The notes below the pieces were generated by a model, which made no database searches, had not been told where the DNA came from, and saw nothing but the letters and a program-made list of their open reading frames with translations. Below, piece by piece: positions 41,145 through 51,244 of a stretch of 64,000 bases of DNA. The stretch's first letter is position 1; the number at the start of each line of letters is the position of its first letter. The DNA is from an uncultured Myxococcaceae bacterium (GTDB taxonomy: Bacteria; Myxococcota_A; Polyangia; Polyangiales; Ga0077539). The translations under genes were made by a program, and so were the position numbers. The stretch is taken from the NCBI GenBank assembly GCA_964447205.1, contig CAYUSB010000023.1:21614-85613 (forward strand), in the 5' to 3' direction.

Positions 41145-41870
41145 TCAGCGGCTTGCGTCGGCGCAGGGGCCGAGCTCTTGGGCGCAGAAGGTCTGCGAAC
41201 TGAGTTGTACGGCCCCCGCCAGGACGCTGAGGGGCAGGGCTACGTTGCCCAGGGTGATGACCCCCGCGAGGCCGACCGCGAAGACCCGCCGCCAGGGGTT
41301 GTACCGCGGGCTGTTGAGCCCGAGCGAGTTGAACCACGCCCACGCCCCATGGAACAGATGCAGCCCCAGGAGCAGGTTGGCCACGATGTACACCCCGGCC
41401 ACGACGGGGGAGCTGAAGCTCGACACCACGTTGTTGTAGGGGTGTTGTGGGTCGTACCCTACGATCCCGAGGCCTCCGGTCAGGTGCAGCAGGTGGTACA
41501 CGATGTACGCCATCACCAGGAAGCCCGTGATGGGCATGGTGCGGGCGGCGTAGTTGGTCGCCTGATCGCGCCGGACCTTCTTGTACCCCACGGGCCGGGC
41601 GGCGGCGTTGCGCCGCACGAGGGCCACGGCCGAGGCGATGTGGGCGAGGACCGCCCCGAGGAGCACCGCCCGGGGCAACCACAGCCCGCCCGGCAGCTTG
41701 CGCAGGGACACGGCGTACTTGTGCATCGCCTCGGGGCCATCGGGCAGCCAGATCTGGAGGTTGCCCAGCATGTGTATCAGCACGAAGCCGAAGAGCACGA
41801 CCCCCGTGACGGCCATGACCGCCTTCACGCTGACCGTGGGAATGCGTCGAACCATGACCGCGCTGTCCAT
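41145..41870 (-). CDS. sdhC: Succinate dehydrogenase cytochrome b subunit (five TM)
   Basis: [50 protein letters not shown]; four heme His residues; directly upstream of sdhA. Confidence 0.92.
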   Translation of the reverse strand: MDSAVMVRRIPTVSVKAVMAVTGVVLFGFVLIHMLGNLQIWLPDGPEAMHKYAVSLRKLPGGLWLPRAVLLGAVLAHIASAVALVRRNAAARPVGYKKVRRDQATNYAARTMPITGFLVMAYIVYHLLHLTGGLGIVGYDPQHPYNNVVSSFSSPVVAGVYIVANLLLGLHLFHGAWAWFNSLGLNSPRYNPWRRVFAVGLAGVITLGNVALPLSVLAGAVQLSSQTFCAQELGPCADASR

Positions 41871-41953
41871 GCCGTGTCTCTCTCCTGGCGGGGGTCGATA
41901 GGGCGCCGACCCAGAACGTGTCCAGTTGGGTGCCGCCTCCTTACACCCTCCGA

Positions 41954-41969
41954 CCTGTCCTGGGACAGG
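41954..41969. promoter_or_regulatory. Palindrome upstream of sdhC, candidate operator
   Basis: CCTGTCC-TG-GGACAGG, a perfect 7-bp inverted repeat 84 nt upstream of the sdhC ATG. Confidence 0.3.
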
Positions 41970-42015
41970 GGCAATCGCCCCCGAACGCCCCCAGACGGCC
42001 TCGAACGGCCTCGGA

Positions 42016-43026
42016 TCATGCGCTCGGGTCGTCGGGGTCGGGGGCCTCTCCGCGGTAGACCGTGGCCAGCCGGCGCCGGGCGGCCAGCAGGGCCCGGTCG
42101 AAGCGCCCGAGGGGTCGCCCCCGCAAGACCGTCGGGGCCTCGGAGAGGCTGCCGAGGAGCCGGGCGTCGAGGCCGGCCTCCAGGCGCACGAGGGCGGCCA
42201 GGATGGGGAGGCGTACGGCCTCCAGGAGGGGACGGGCCCACAGCCCCGCGCTCGTGTACACGAACACAAACAGGTCGGTCTCCCGCGGGCCCACCGGCGT
42301 AAAGAACACCGCGATGCGCAGGGCGTACCCGTGGGGGGTGTCCTTCCCGGGCTCGACAAAATACTGCGCGTATACGGTGTGGACGGGGGAGAAGCGGGTC
42401 GTCCAGTCGTCGACGAAGTCGGCCCCGGGGGGTACGGCGAAGAGCCTCTGCACGAGGCCCGGGAGCGGCCGTTGGGGGCCGCGGTTGTAGACCCGGACGG
42501 ACGTGTCGGTGAGGGTGGTGGTGCACACCACGTCGGCGAGGCGCTCCTTGGGGTACCCGAGGAAGGCGTGCACGGAGGGGGTGTGCTCGACCTCGATGAA
42601 GTTGTCGAGGACCACCTCCAGGGGCGCGTGGGCCCGGACCCGAAACGTGGTCACGGGCTGATGGCCCGACGCGTCGACGGTGGGGAAGGCCGCAGGACCC
42701 TCGCTGCGGCGGATCCAGAGGGCCCCCAAACGTTCGACGGCCTCCCAGGGGGTGGTGCGGGGGCGGGCCCGGGGGGTCCCGGGGCTGTGGCCTTGTCCTT
42801 CGGTCGACCACGACCAGCCGTGGTAGGGGCACACGAGGCACCCGTCTTCGACCGTTCCCTTGTGGAGGGGGAAGCCGCGGTGGGGGCAGGCGTCGTCGAG
42901 GGCCCCGACCCGCGGGCCGTCGCGGAAGAGGGACACGGGGCGGCCGTGGAGGCGCACGAGGTGGGGGCGGCGGGGGCCGAGCTCGTGCGACAGGGCGACC
43001 GGGTGCCAGTGCGAGAACACCGTCAT
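42016..43026 (-). CDS. Rieske non-heme iron oxygenase, alpha subunit
   Basis: WHPVA, CPHRG...CPYHGW Rieske motif, mononuclear Fe motif DNFIEVEHTPSVH, C-terminal helix with D (EAGLD). Confidence 0.9.
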   Translation of the reverse strand: MTVFSHWHPVALSHELGPRRPHLVRLHGRPVSLFRDGPRVGALDDACPHRGFPLHKGTVEDGCLVCPYHGWSWSTEGQGHSPGTPRARPRTTPWEAVERLGALWIRRSEGPAAFPTVDASGHQPVTTFRVRAHAPLEVVLDNFIEVEHTPSVHAFLGYPKERLADVVCTTTLTDTSVRVYNRGPQRPLPGLVQRLFAVPPGADFVDDWTTRFSPVHTVYAQYFVEPGKDTPHGYALRIAVFFTPVGPRETDLFVFVYTSAGLWARPLLEAVRLPILAALVRLEAGLDARLLGSLSEAPTVLRGRPLGRFDRALLAARRRLATVYRGEAPDPDDPSA

Positions 43027-44153
43027 CGTTGTGCCTCTGCGATGGTGTCGGCCACCCGTTGGGCCTCGCGGGCGATGTCGTGCAGGGCCCCGGTGAGGGG
43101 GTTGCGGTAGCCGACGAAGAAGATCCCCGCGGCCCGGGCGGCGGGCTCGACTGCGGGGCGAGGGTACCCCCGGGGGTCGAGGTACTGCGGGGCGTCTTCG
43201 AGGAACCCTTCGATCCCGGTGCGGTACCCCGTGGCCAGGATCACCGCGTCGAGGACGAGCTCCCGGCCGTCGACGAAACGTGCCCCGGTCTCGGTGAAGG
43301 CCTCGATGCCCGGAACCACGGCGATCTTGCCCTGGCGGATGAGGGCCACGGTGCCCACGTCGATGAGGGGGATCTTCTTGTCGCGGACCACCTGGGAGAT
43401 GGGCCCGACCTCGGGGCGTACGATGCCCCAGGGGGACAGGTCGCCCACGGTGAGTCGCAGCATGGCCAGGGACAGCCGGTCGGCGAGGCGGGGGGGCAGG
43501 TGCTGCATCAGCCCGAGGGAGGTGACCTGGGCGGGGATGCCCAGCACATCGCGGGGGACCACGTGGAGGGGCCCGCGGATGCACAGGGCCACGGTGGCCC
43601 CCGACTCCCACAGGTCGAGGGCGATCTCGGCTCCGGAGTTGCCGGCCCCCACCACCAGGACCCGTTTGCCGCGGAAGGGAGCCCCGTCGCGGTATTGCCC
43701 GCTGTGCAGGATCTCTCCCGGGAAGGTGTCCTGGCCGGGCCAGGTGGGTCGAAGGGGGACGCGGTTGTACCCCGTGCAGACCACCACGGCCCGGGCCTCG
43801 GTGAGCCCGTGGGTGTGCTTGACCTCCCAGCCAGCGGGGACCCGGCGCACCTGGGTGACCTCGGTGCCGAAGCGGGGAGTGATGCCGAAGTGGCGGGCGT
43901 AGTCCTCGAGGTAGTCGACCACCTCCTGGCGGGCGGGGTAGGTGGGGACCGCGTCGGGCCACGGGAGGCCCGGGAGGGACGAGTGCTGTTTGACCGTGTG
44001 GAGGTGGAGCCGGCGGTAGTGGTTGCGCCAGGAGGGGGCCACGCGGTCGGCCCGTTCGAGCACGACGGGGGAGAGGCCGCGGCCCTGGAGGCAGGCGGCG
44101 GTAGCCAGGCCCGAGGGACCGGCTCCGAGCACGGCGATGGTCGCCTCACGCAT
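43023..44153 (-). CDS. Class B flavin-containing monooxygenase (YUCCA/FMO-like)
   Basis: GAGPSG (FAD), SWRNHYRRLHLH, VVCTG, LHSGQYRDG..FRGKRVLVVGAGNSGAEIALDL (NADPH), LATGY; stop overlaps the Rieske ATG. Confidence 0.92.
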   Translation of the reverse strand: MREATIAVLGAGPSGLATAACLQGRGLSPVVLERADRVAPSWRNHYRRLHLHTVKQHSSLPGLPWPDAVPTYPARQEVVDYLEDYARHFGITPRFGTEVTQVRRVPAGWEVKHTHGLTEARAVVVCTGYNRVPLRPTWPGQDTFPGEILHSGQYRDGAPFRGKRVLVVGAGNSGAEIALDLWESGATVALCIRGPLHVVPRDVLGIPAQVTSLGLMQHLPPRLADRLSLAMLRLTVGDLSPWGIVRPEVGPISQVVRDKKIPLIDVGTVALIRQGKIAVVPGIEAFTETGARFVDGRELVLDAVILATGYRTGIEGFLEDAPQYLDPRGYPRPAVEPAARAAGIFFVGYRNPLTGALHDIAREAQRVADTIAEAQR

Positions 44154-44181
44154 GACAGCGACCGTACCAGAACCGCTTCGG

Positions 44182-47100
44182 TCAGGGGACGTTGGCGGCG
44201 CCCGGGGTGGGCATGGAGACGAAGCGCCAGTCGTTGGCGGCGTCGTCGGTGTCGCTGCCGTTGGGGACCCGGGCGAGCGACCCGGGGGCGGTGTTGGAGT
44301 CGGCCACGGTGACGGGCAGGACGGTGCCCTCGACCAGGTTGACCGTGCCCGCGATGCCCGTGATGACGGCGGCCCGGATGGGGCCCTCGTAGGACAGGGC
44401 GTCGAGCAGGGTGCCCGAGACCGTGTCAATGAGGGCGATGCCGTCGGGGGCCCCGTTTTGCAGCGCCTCATTGCCGATGGGGAAGCGCGCCACGCCCGCG
44501 GGAACCATCACCCCGGCGCTGGCCACGACGGCGTAGGCGCCGGGTGCGAGCATGCCCGTGAGGTTGATGCGCGAGTACTGCTGGTTGTTCGCTCCATTGA
44601 CGAGCACCAGCGCCACGTTGCTCAGGTCGATGGCGGACCGACTGGCGTTGTAGAGCTCGACAAACTCGGCGTTGTCGGTGCCGGGCTGGTCGTAGTCAAC
44701 CTCGTTGATCACCAGCCCCCCCGCGGCGCCTTCCACCACGCTGAGGGTGGCCATGCGGGTGCTGCTGCCGAGGGTCGCCGTCACCGTGGCCATGCCCGCC
44801 ATGGGGCCTGCGGTCACGTCAAACATGGCCGACAGGGTGTTGGCCGGGATGGTGACCCTGGCCGGGGCCGTGGCGCCGCCGGTCGCGGCGATGGTGACCA
44901 TCGTGCCGCCGGTGGGGGCCGGGATGTCGAGGGTGACCGTGAAGGTCGTGGGAGTCCCGGGGCCCGCCGTGGCCGTGGCCGGGGTGAGACCCGCGAGGGC
45001 AGGGGCCTCGTTGGCGCCGAGCACACGCACCTGGGCGGTGCGGGAGACCATCCCGAGGGTGGCCGTGAGGGTGTAGGGCATCGCCCGGGCGGTGACACCC
45101 GTGACGGGCACCACGGCGCTCGCGACGCCGCCAGGGATCACCACGTCGGCGACGGTGAGGCCCGGGTCGTTGGAGCGCACGGTGATGGTGGTGGGGGCCA
45201 TCACGGCGCGGGCGAGGCGCACGGTGAGGGCCGCGGGGAAGGTGGGCCCGGCGCCGCCGCCGACCCGTGCGAAGACGGTCTCGGTGGGGAAGGGCGCGAG
45301 CTGCGCGGCCCCGGCCACGAGGTCGTCGGCGGAGCGCGGGTTGATCTTGGAGTTTTCCCGCGCAAAGATGAGCACGCCGGTGATGGAGGTAAACCGCTCG
45401 CCCATCACGGGGAAGGGGGCGGTGAGGTAGATCCCGTCGTCGACGCGGAGGTTGCCCGTCACGAGGTACTCGTTGGTGGGCGCGGCCTCGCCGCCTGCGG
45501 GGGGGGGATTGGGGTTGGTGACCTCGACATCGGCCACGCGCACCACGACGCCTTCGAGGGCCGCGGCGCGCATCCCGCCGGTGGCGATCTCGGCGGGGGT
45601 GACCATCACGGGCGGGGGCAGGGCGACGCCCATGGCGAGGGAGGTGACGGTGCCGCCGGTGAGCTGGATCTGGCCGAAGAAGTCGGCCACCGTGGCGTTG
45701 GCGACGGTGACGCGCTCGCCGGGGCGCACCATCGGGACGGCGCCGGTGTAGACGAAGAGGCCCGAGGCGTCGGCGCCCATGTAGCCCATGTCGCCGGGGG
45801 CGACCTGCATGTAGAAGCCGTTGCGGGAGAGGGCCGTCACGACGGGGCCGGTGACGGTGACCCGGGCCCCCACGGCGGCCATGCCGCGCTTGACGGCGTA
45901 CACCGTGGAGGGGCAGGCCGAGCCGGCGGGGTTGGGCGCCATGGGGCAGGGGTCGCAGACGTCGCCGAGGCCGTCCCTGTCGCTGTCGGCCTGGTCGGGG
46001 TTGGCCACGTCGGGGCAGTTGTCGGCGGCGTTGAGGATGCCGTCGGCGTCGCGGTCGTTGGGGTTGGGGGCCACGCAGGTGGTGGTGTTGGGGTTGATGG
46101 GGCAGGGGTCGCAGGCGTCGCCGACGCCGTCGCGGTCGCCGTCGGCCTGCATCCCCATGTCCAGGGGGCGCACGGGGTTGAACACGCCGGGGCAGTTGTC
46201 CATGGCGTTGACGATGCCGTCGCCGTCCATGTCATCGGCGGACGACATGCCCGTGTACCGCGTCGACCCGCGCACGACGGGGTTGGGCAACGAGCCCATG
46301 GCGTTGCGCTCGGGCAGGCAGGTGGGCTCGTTGGCGGGTTCGCCGCAGAAGAAGAGGGGGTAGCGGTTGTTGTTGGCGGCGGTGAGGGCCGACAGGCGTC
46401 GGCCTCCGAGGTCGCGGGCGACGCAGACCCGCTTGGCGTTGCCGCACACGTCGAGGGGGTCGCAGGCGTCGCCTCCGGGCAGGGCGGCCACCACGGGGGC
46501 CTCGCCGTAGAGGGCCGTGCCGCCGCGGAGCACGAGGGCCACATCGGCGGGGGTGGCGCCGATGACGGCGCGGTGATCGCGGCGCATGCGGGCGTTGAAG
46601 ATGGCGAGGTCGGCCACGCGGCCCGGGGCGATCAACCCGATGGCGTCGTCGACCGCGAGAGAGGCCGCGGCGTCGCGGGTGGCCATGAGCCACAGGGCCT
46701 CGTCGGTGAAGTAGCGCCCGAAGAAGCTCGCGTTGAGGGTGTCGGCGCACTGCAGCTCGCGGAGCATGTTCATCGAGCCCGAGACGATCCAGTCGGAGCC
46801 GAGGGAGATGAGCACCCCGAGGCGGGCGTACTCGGTGACGCGGGCCGTGTCGCCGTAGAGGGTGATGTTGGAGCGCGGCGACCAGATGAGCGACGTACGA
46901 TCCCGGGCCATCTCGGCGATGTCCGTGGGCAGGAGGGCCACCCCGTGCACGAAGGCGCTCTGGGGCTGCACGAGGTCGGTGGGGCCCTCGCGCATGCAGA
47001 GAAACTCGTTGCGGGCCTCGGGGCCGATGCCCTCGGCCACGTGCGGGGCGTAGGCGTCGAGCCTCGCGATGGACGCCGCCGTGTCGATGGAGGGATACCG

Positions 47101-47994
47101 GCACCCCATGGTGAGGGTCTCGCCGCCGGAGTCGCCGAGGGGGAAGGTCTCGTAGCGCACCTGGGGCTGCCCGAGTCCGTCCATGGTGCCGCGGTCGAGG
47201 TTGCGCAGGAAGCCCGGGACGCCGCCCGAGCCGTTGACCGACGTGGCGCCGCCGAGCACGAAGCGCAGCTCGCCCCAGGCGACCTGGTCGTTGGAGGCCG
47301 CGCCGGCGGAGCGGAGCCGGGTGTGCCCGCGGGCTCCGCGGCGCCAGTCGTGGCGGTGCTCGTAGCGCTCGGCGGTGCGGGTGTACGGGTTGTTCTGCGC
47401 GAAGGTGAGGTGGTCGTGGGCGTTGATGAGGCCCGGGGAGACCACCCCGTCGGGGCACACCACGGCCGTGGCCCCCACGGCCCCCGTGGCGGCCCGGCAG
47501 TCGCAGGCGGCGCACTGAATCCGCCCCATGGGGTCGACCAGCACCTGCCCGCCCCGCAACACTTCCCCCGGCGTCAGGATGTCGCCCGTGATGAGCAGGG
47601 CGGCCGAGCCCGCCGTCACCTGACAGGTCCCCGTCGGGAGCGAAGGCAGGGAGTCGCCCGGACACATCGTGACCCGCGGCTCGACGGGCCGGACCCCTCC
47701 GTCGGGGATCGGGCCTCCGTCGGGGATCGGGCCTCCGTCGGGGGGCGTGCCTCCGTCGGGGATCGGGCCTCCGTCGGGGGGCGTGCTTCCGTCGGGGATC
47801 GGGCTTCCGTCGGGGATCGGGCTTCCGTCGGGGATCGGGCTTCCGTCGGGGAGGGGCCCCGCGTCGGTGCTGCTGTCTCCGGGGGGCGTGTCATTGACCA
47901 TGGGGCCGGCGTCGGTGCCTGCCCCGTTTTCTGAGCTGCACGCCCCAGCGGCGAGGCCCAGGGTCAACAAGATCCACGGATGAATGGGTCGCAT
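44182..47994 (-). CDS. Large surface lipoprotein: amidohydrolase domain, TSP3 repeats, OB-fold, Ig-like domains and lamin-tail domain
   Basis: LGLAAGAC lipobox; [24 protein letters not shown] metal ligands; [30 protein letters not shown] (TSP3); [19 protein letters not shown] (OB); [22 protein letters not shown] (LTD). Confidence 0.85.
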   Translation of the reverse strand: MRPIHPWILLTLGLAAGACSSENGAGTDAGPMVNDTPPGDSSTDAGPLPDGSPIPDGSPIPDGSPIPDGSTPPDGGPIPDGGTPPDGGPIPDGGPIPDGGVRPVEPRVTMCPGDSLPSLPTGTCQVTAGSAALLITGDILTPGEVLRGGQVLVDPMGRIQCAACDCRAATGAVGATAVVCPDGVVSPGLINAHDHLTFAQNNPYTRTAERYEHRHDWRRGARGHTRLRSAGAASNDQVAWGELRFVLGGATSVNGSGGVPGFLRNLDRGTMDGLGQPQVRYETFPLGDSGGETLTMGCRYPSIDTAASIARLDAYAPHVAEGIGPEARNEFLCMREGPTDLVQPQSAFVHGVALLPTDIAEMARDRTSLIWSPRSNITLYGDTARVTEYARLGVLISLGSDWIVSGSMNMLRELQCADTLNASFFGRYFTDEALWLMATRDAAASLAVDDAIGLIAPGRVADLAIFNARMRRDHRAVIGATPADVALVLRGGTALYGEAPVVAALPGGDACDPLDVCGNAKRVCVARDLGGRRLSALTAANNNRYPLFFCGEPANEPTCLPERNAMGSLPNPVVRGSTRYTGMSSADDMDGDGIVNAMDNCPGVFNPVRPLDMGMQADGDRDGVGDACDPCPINPNTTTCVAPNPNDRDADGILNAADNCPDVANPDQADSDRDGLGDVCDPCPMAPNPAGSACPSTVYAVKRGMAAVGARVTVTGPVVTALSRNGFYMQVAPGDMGYMGADASGLFVYTGAVPMVRPGERVTVANATVADFFGQIQLTGGTVTSLAMGVALPPPVMVTPAEIATGGMRAAALEGVVVRVADVEVTNPNPPPAGGEAAPTNEYLVTGNLRVDDGIYLTAPFPVMGERFTSITGVLIFARENSKINPRSADDLVAGAAQLAPFPTETVFARVGGGAGPTFPAALTVRLARAVMAPTTITVRSNDPGLTVADVVIPGGVASAVVPVTGVTARAMPYTLTATLGMVSRTAQVRVLGANEAPALAGLTPATATAGPGTPTTFTVTLDIPAPTGGTMVTIAATGGATAPARVTIPANTLSAMFDVTAGPMAGMATVTATLGSSTRMATLSVVEGAAGGLVINEVDYDQPGTDNAEFVELYNASRSAIDLSNVALVLVNGANNQQYSRINLTGMLAPGAYAVVASAGVMVPAGVARFPIGNEALQNGAPDGIALIDTVSGTLLDALSYEGPIRAAVITGIAGTVNLVEGTVLPVTVADSNTAPGSLARVPNGSDTDDAANDWRFVSMPTPGAANVP
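47697..47858 (-). repeat. 18-bp tandem repeat, 9 copies, encoding (P-I/T-P-D-G-G/S)n linker
   Basis: Units (C/T)TCCGTCGGGGATCGGGC and CTCCGTCGGGGGGCGTGC counted from 47697 to 47858. Confidence 0.92.
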
Positions 47995-48074
47995 CAAGAG
48001 AAGCCTCCACAAAGGGGAACGGGACCCTATCACGCCTGCGGGCCCTCGCGGGGCTGGCGCGGAGGCCGCGGGCA

Positions 48075-48578
48075 ATGGCACGGTGGAGCCTCATAGGACT
48101 CCCGATGCCCCTCGACCCAGCCTTCGTCGCCGACTGCCCGTATGGGCCTGATGGACAACTGCTTGACGAGATCCTGCTCGTCGACACCGAGCGCAGCCTC
48201 GTGCGGGCCCGGATGCCCACCCACGAGGACCTCCCCATCACCCGCGAGCAGCGGGCCCACCCCAAGCTCCACCCGCGGCACATCTCGGGGGGGTTGATGG
48301 TGCACATGACTGGGATCATGGGCTTTGCGCACGCGTATTACGTCCTCGGGCTGCGGCACCGGGAGGGCTGGGTGGGGTACGGGGCGAGGATCCACGCGGC
48401 CCGGTTTCACGCCCTGGCCGTCCCGGACGCGCCGATGGTGTTGGAGATCCAGGCCAAACAATTGCGGATCGGCGAGCGGCGCGGCCTCGGGCGGTACGAC
48501 CTGCGGTTTTTTCAGGGGGAGACGCTGGTGTACGAGGGCGACCAGACGGCCTGGTGGGAGAAGATCGCCCTGGAGTGA
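48075..48578 (+). CDS. HotDog-fold protein (FabZ/FabA-like)
   Basis: [13 protein letters not shown] (cf. FabZ PH.YPFLLVD), [23 protein letters not shown]; the catalytic Glu of FabZ is not evident. Confidence 0.65.
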   Translation: MARWSLIGLPMPLDPAFVADCPYGPDGQLLDEILLVDTERSLVRARMPTHEDLPITREQRAHPKLHPRHISGGLMVHMTGIMGFAHAYYVLGLRHREGWVGYGARIHAARFHALAVPDAPMVLEIQAKQLRIGERRGLGRYDLRFFQGETLVYEGDQTAWWEKIALE

Positions 48579-48597
48579 GGGGGGCGAAGGATGAGGT

Positions 48598-48735
48598 GCT
48601 GCGGACGAGGGCGATGGCGCTGGCGAGGGGATCACGCCGCACTCCCCCCTACAAAAACATGCTGCCCCTTGCGGCCCTTGCGCCCTTGCGGCTTCGCTGC
48701 CCGTCCCTCGCTGTTTGCCCCTCGTCGCCCGCAGC
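48598..48735. repeat. Long imperfect palindrome between convergent genes
   Basis: GCTGCGG/CCGCAGC, GACGAGGGC/GCCCCTCGTC and GCGAGGG/CCCTCGC arms; the loop contains CCCTTGCG three times. Confidence 0.45.
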
Positions 48736-48757
48736 CCGTCGCGGGGGAGGAGGGGGT

Positions 48758-50182
48758 CTATCCCGACGCGTAGAGCTGGCCGAAGAAGAGCACGAGGAGC
48801 CCCTCGCGGGCGGTGGGGGAGGCGGCGTTGATGAGCCGGTGGATCATCGCGGACTCGGCCGGGAGCTGGCCGTCGGCGATCCCGAGCTGGCCCATGAGGA
48901 GCCCGGCATCGAGCTCGCCCTGGCCTACGGCGTCGAGCAGGGCCACGACCTCGGGAGGAGGCTCTGAGGCCGCGGGCAGGTCGACCATGGCGGCCTGGAG
49001 GTCGACGGCGAACGCGTCGGCCCAGGCGGCGTTGCTGGGGTCGACCGTGAGGTGGATGTGGGCGGGGGAGGGGCCAAACCCGTAGGTGAGCTGCACGAGC
49101 CAGCCCTGGGCGGTCATCCGGTCGGCCAGGACAAACACGTCCCCGTCGGTGGGGACGAAGGCGAAGAGGTTCATGTCGGGGCGGCCGAGGAGGCGCAGGC
49201 CGGGGGTGTCGGCGACGACCCGGATGAGCCTCTGGGCGGCGTCCCACATCGTGCGGGCCCGCGTGCGGTACCCTTCGAGCCCGAGGTGCTGGATGAGGGC
49301 GTAGGCGGCCCCGAGGGCGGCCACCGACTTCGACCCCAGGCTGGTCGAGTTGACCACGGGGTACCCCGTCCACCGGGCGCAGGCGTAGTACTGGGCGGCC
49401 CGCAGGTCGGCCCGGCGCTGCAGGAGGAGCGAGATCCCTTTGGGGGCAAACCCGTACTTGTGCAGGTCGACCGACATGCTGGTCACCCCGGGTACGGTGA
49501 AATCAAAGGGCGGGACCTCCTCCCCGAGGTCGCGCAGGAAGGGCAGGACGAAGCCCCCCACGCAGGCGTCGACGTGCATGAGGGCGTTGTGCTCTTGGGC
49601 CAGGGCCGCGAGGGCGGGGATGTCGTCGACGACCCCGTGGGCGTAGCTCGGGGCCGAGCCCACCACGAGGACGACCTGGTCGGTCATCTTGGCCCGGGCG
49701 TCGTCGGTGTTGGCCCGGAAGGTCCCCGGGTCGACCTCGACGGGGATGACCTCCACCCCGAGGTAGTGGCCTGCCTTGTGGAAACAGGCGTGGGCCGTGA
49801 GGGGCAGGAGCATGGCCGGGCGGGTCACCTCGGGGCGGGTCTTGCGGGCGAAATCCCGGGCGGTCTTGACGGCCAGGATCACGCTCTCGGTGCCCCCGGC
49901 GGTGGCCGTCCCGACGGCCCCGGGGGGGGCCCGCAGGAGGTCGAGGCAGCCGGAGACCAGGGCGTTTTCGAGGGTGCGGGCGGAGGGGTACACCGTGGGG
50001 TCGAGGGCGTTGACCCCCATGCACTCGAGGTAGGCGTCACGCAGGAGGGCCCGAACCTCGTCGCCGGCGTTGTACACGAAGGCGAAGGCCCGGCCGTCGC
50101 TCTGGAGGTCGCGCGTCCGCTGGCGCTTTACATCGGCCAGGACCTCGTCGCACGGACGGCCCGTCTCAGGGAATGCACTCAT
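48758..50182 (-). CDS. Group II PLP-dependent enzyme, sphingosine-1-phosphate lyase-like
   Basis: NALDP..YPS, TAGGTESVILA, TAHACFHKAGHYLG, GSAPSYAHGVVD, HVDACVGGF, SMSVDLHKYGFAPKG (PLP Lys); ATG 50182. Confidence 0.85.
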   Translation of the reverse strand: MSAFPETGRPCDEVLADVKRQRTRDLQSDGRAFAFVYNAGDEVRALLRDAYLECMGVNALDPTVYPSARTLENALVSGCLDLLRAPPGAVGTATAGGTESVILAVKTARDFARKTRPEVTRPAMLLPLTAHACFHKAGHYLGVEVIPVEVDPGTFRANTDDARAKMTDQVVLVVGSAPSYAHGVVDDIPALAALAQEHNALMHVDACVGGFVLPFLRDLGEEVPPFDFTVPGVTSMSVDLHKYGFAPKGISLLLQRRADLRAAQYYACARWTGYPVVNSTSLGSKSVAALGAAYALIQHLGLEGYRTRARTMWDAAQRLIRVVADTPGLRLLGRPDMNLFAFVPTDGDVFVLADRMTAQGWLVQLTYGFGPSPAHIHLTVDPSNAAWADAFAVDLQAAMVDLPAASEPPPEVVALLDAVGQGELDAGLLMGQLGIADGQLPAESAMIHRLINAASPTAREGLLVLFFGQLYASG

Positions 50183-50490
50183 GCCGGCAGGGAACCGCAG
50201 CCCCCATGGGCGCGTCAAGGCCCCTGTCCACCCCTGGGATTTGGAGTAGGGGGGACAGAAACTCCAACGGGTTCGCCGCGTCGAGCAGCCACCCCCTGGA
50301 GCTCCAGGCCCTCTTTCTCGTTGACAGATTCTATTTTGTGCGAGCCGACACGACGCCCCTGGATGCCGCGCGAGGCCTCGGCGGTCGACGCGGAGCTCGC
50401 TGGTACCTGCCGCAGTTCTCGTTGTGGGTCCGCAGGTCGAGGCAGCGATCGGCGCAGAGCGACTGGCCCGGCAGACCAACGCCCGCCGTT

Positions 50491-50544
50491 CATTCCAAAC
50501 CCACGTCGGAACACGGGCCGCCGTACATTCCAAACCCACGTCGG
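50491..50544 (+). repeat. 19-bp perfect direct repeat, two copies, period 35
   Basis: CATTCCAAACCCACGTCGG at 50491-50509 and 50526-50544. Confidence 0.85.
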
Positions 50545-50642
50545 TCCAAAAAGGGCCGCGGCGGTGGCCGAGAAATACCCGACGGTCGTGCCTACCCCTG
50601 CCAAATGCCTGATGGTGACGACCCAGGTGCCGCCCTTCTGCA

Positions 50643-50882
50643 ATGGCGATCTTCGAGGTGATGGCCGAACAATTTCGGGGGTGCGTGAACAATCCGGACG
50701 AGGCGACGCGGTGTTCAGCGCCGCTTTCCTCGGACTCTGTGTGCGACTACAACCACCCCGAGCGCGTGGGCGCGCCGATGAACTGCGTCCGATGGGCACA
50801 GGCGGTGGACTTCTGCATGTGGCACGGCGGCTGTGTCCCCATGGAGGCCGTCACCGAAGAGATCCGGCGCCTCCGCCCGTAG
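50643..50882 (+). pseudogene. Fragment of a formylglycine-generating-enzyme (SUMF1/EgtB/PvdO) domain gene
   Basis: FEVMAEQFRGCV and GAPMNCVRWAQAVDFCMWHGGCVPMEA resemble FGE-domain TEVT..QY..CV and HPVNCV.W.QA..FC.W.G.RLPTEAEWE; truncated after 79 aa. Confidence 0.65.
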
Positions 50883-51244
50883 GGCCCAGTCGACGAGTTC
50901 AGGGGTCTCGCATCGGCGGGGTTGCCGCGCCCGAGCACCGCGTCAAGGTGCGCCGCCACGTCGCGACCGCCCTCGAGCGCGCAGGTCTGGAGCGGCGACC
51001 CAGGCGAGGCTTGCCATCGGCTTCGGAGTCGACTCGCAGACACTGCTGGAACCAGCTCCCTACCTGAGCCACGAGCACCCGGCCGTCCGCGCAAGACGCC
51101 CGCGATTCCGCACACACGACGTTCACGCGCAGCGCGAGCACCAGAGTCTGGAGGAAGTTCGCGCGCGCAGGGCGCAGGGCAGCATAATGCCCGGCGGCCG
51201 GAACCGATGTCCCCACCAGGCGACGTCGGTCCGCGCGAGACTCC

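Noticed and set aside
44023-47934. 1303-aa plus-strand ORF, and similar long G/R/A/P-rich ORFs (19331-22402, 27776-30922, 35580-38315, 60978-63443)
   Set aside because: Antisense or off-frame shadows of recognisable genes, expected in very GC-rich DNA; no protein motifs.
50491-50544. CRISPR array
   Set aside because: Only two 19-bp repeats with a 16-nt spacer, too short and too few; no cas genes in the window.
50211-50948. CGCGTCAAGG at 50211 and 50939 as att sites or target duplication
   Set aside because: A 10-bp GC-rich match, equal to the reverse complement of a common -35-like motif; chance is likely and there is no integrase.
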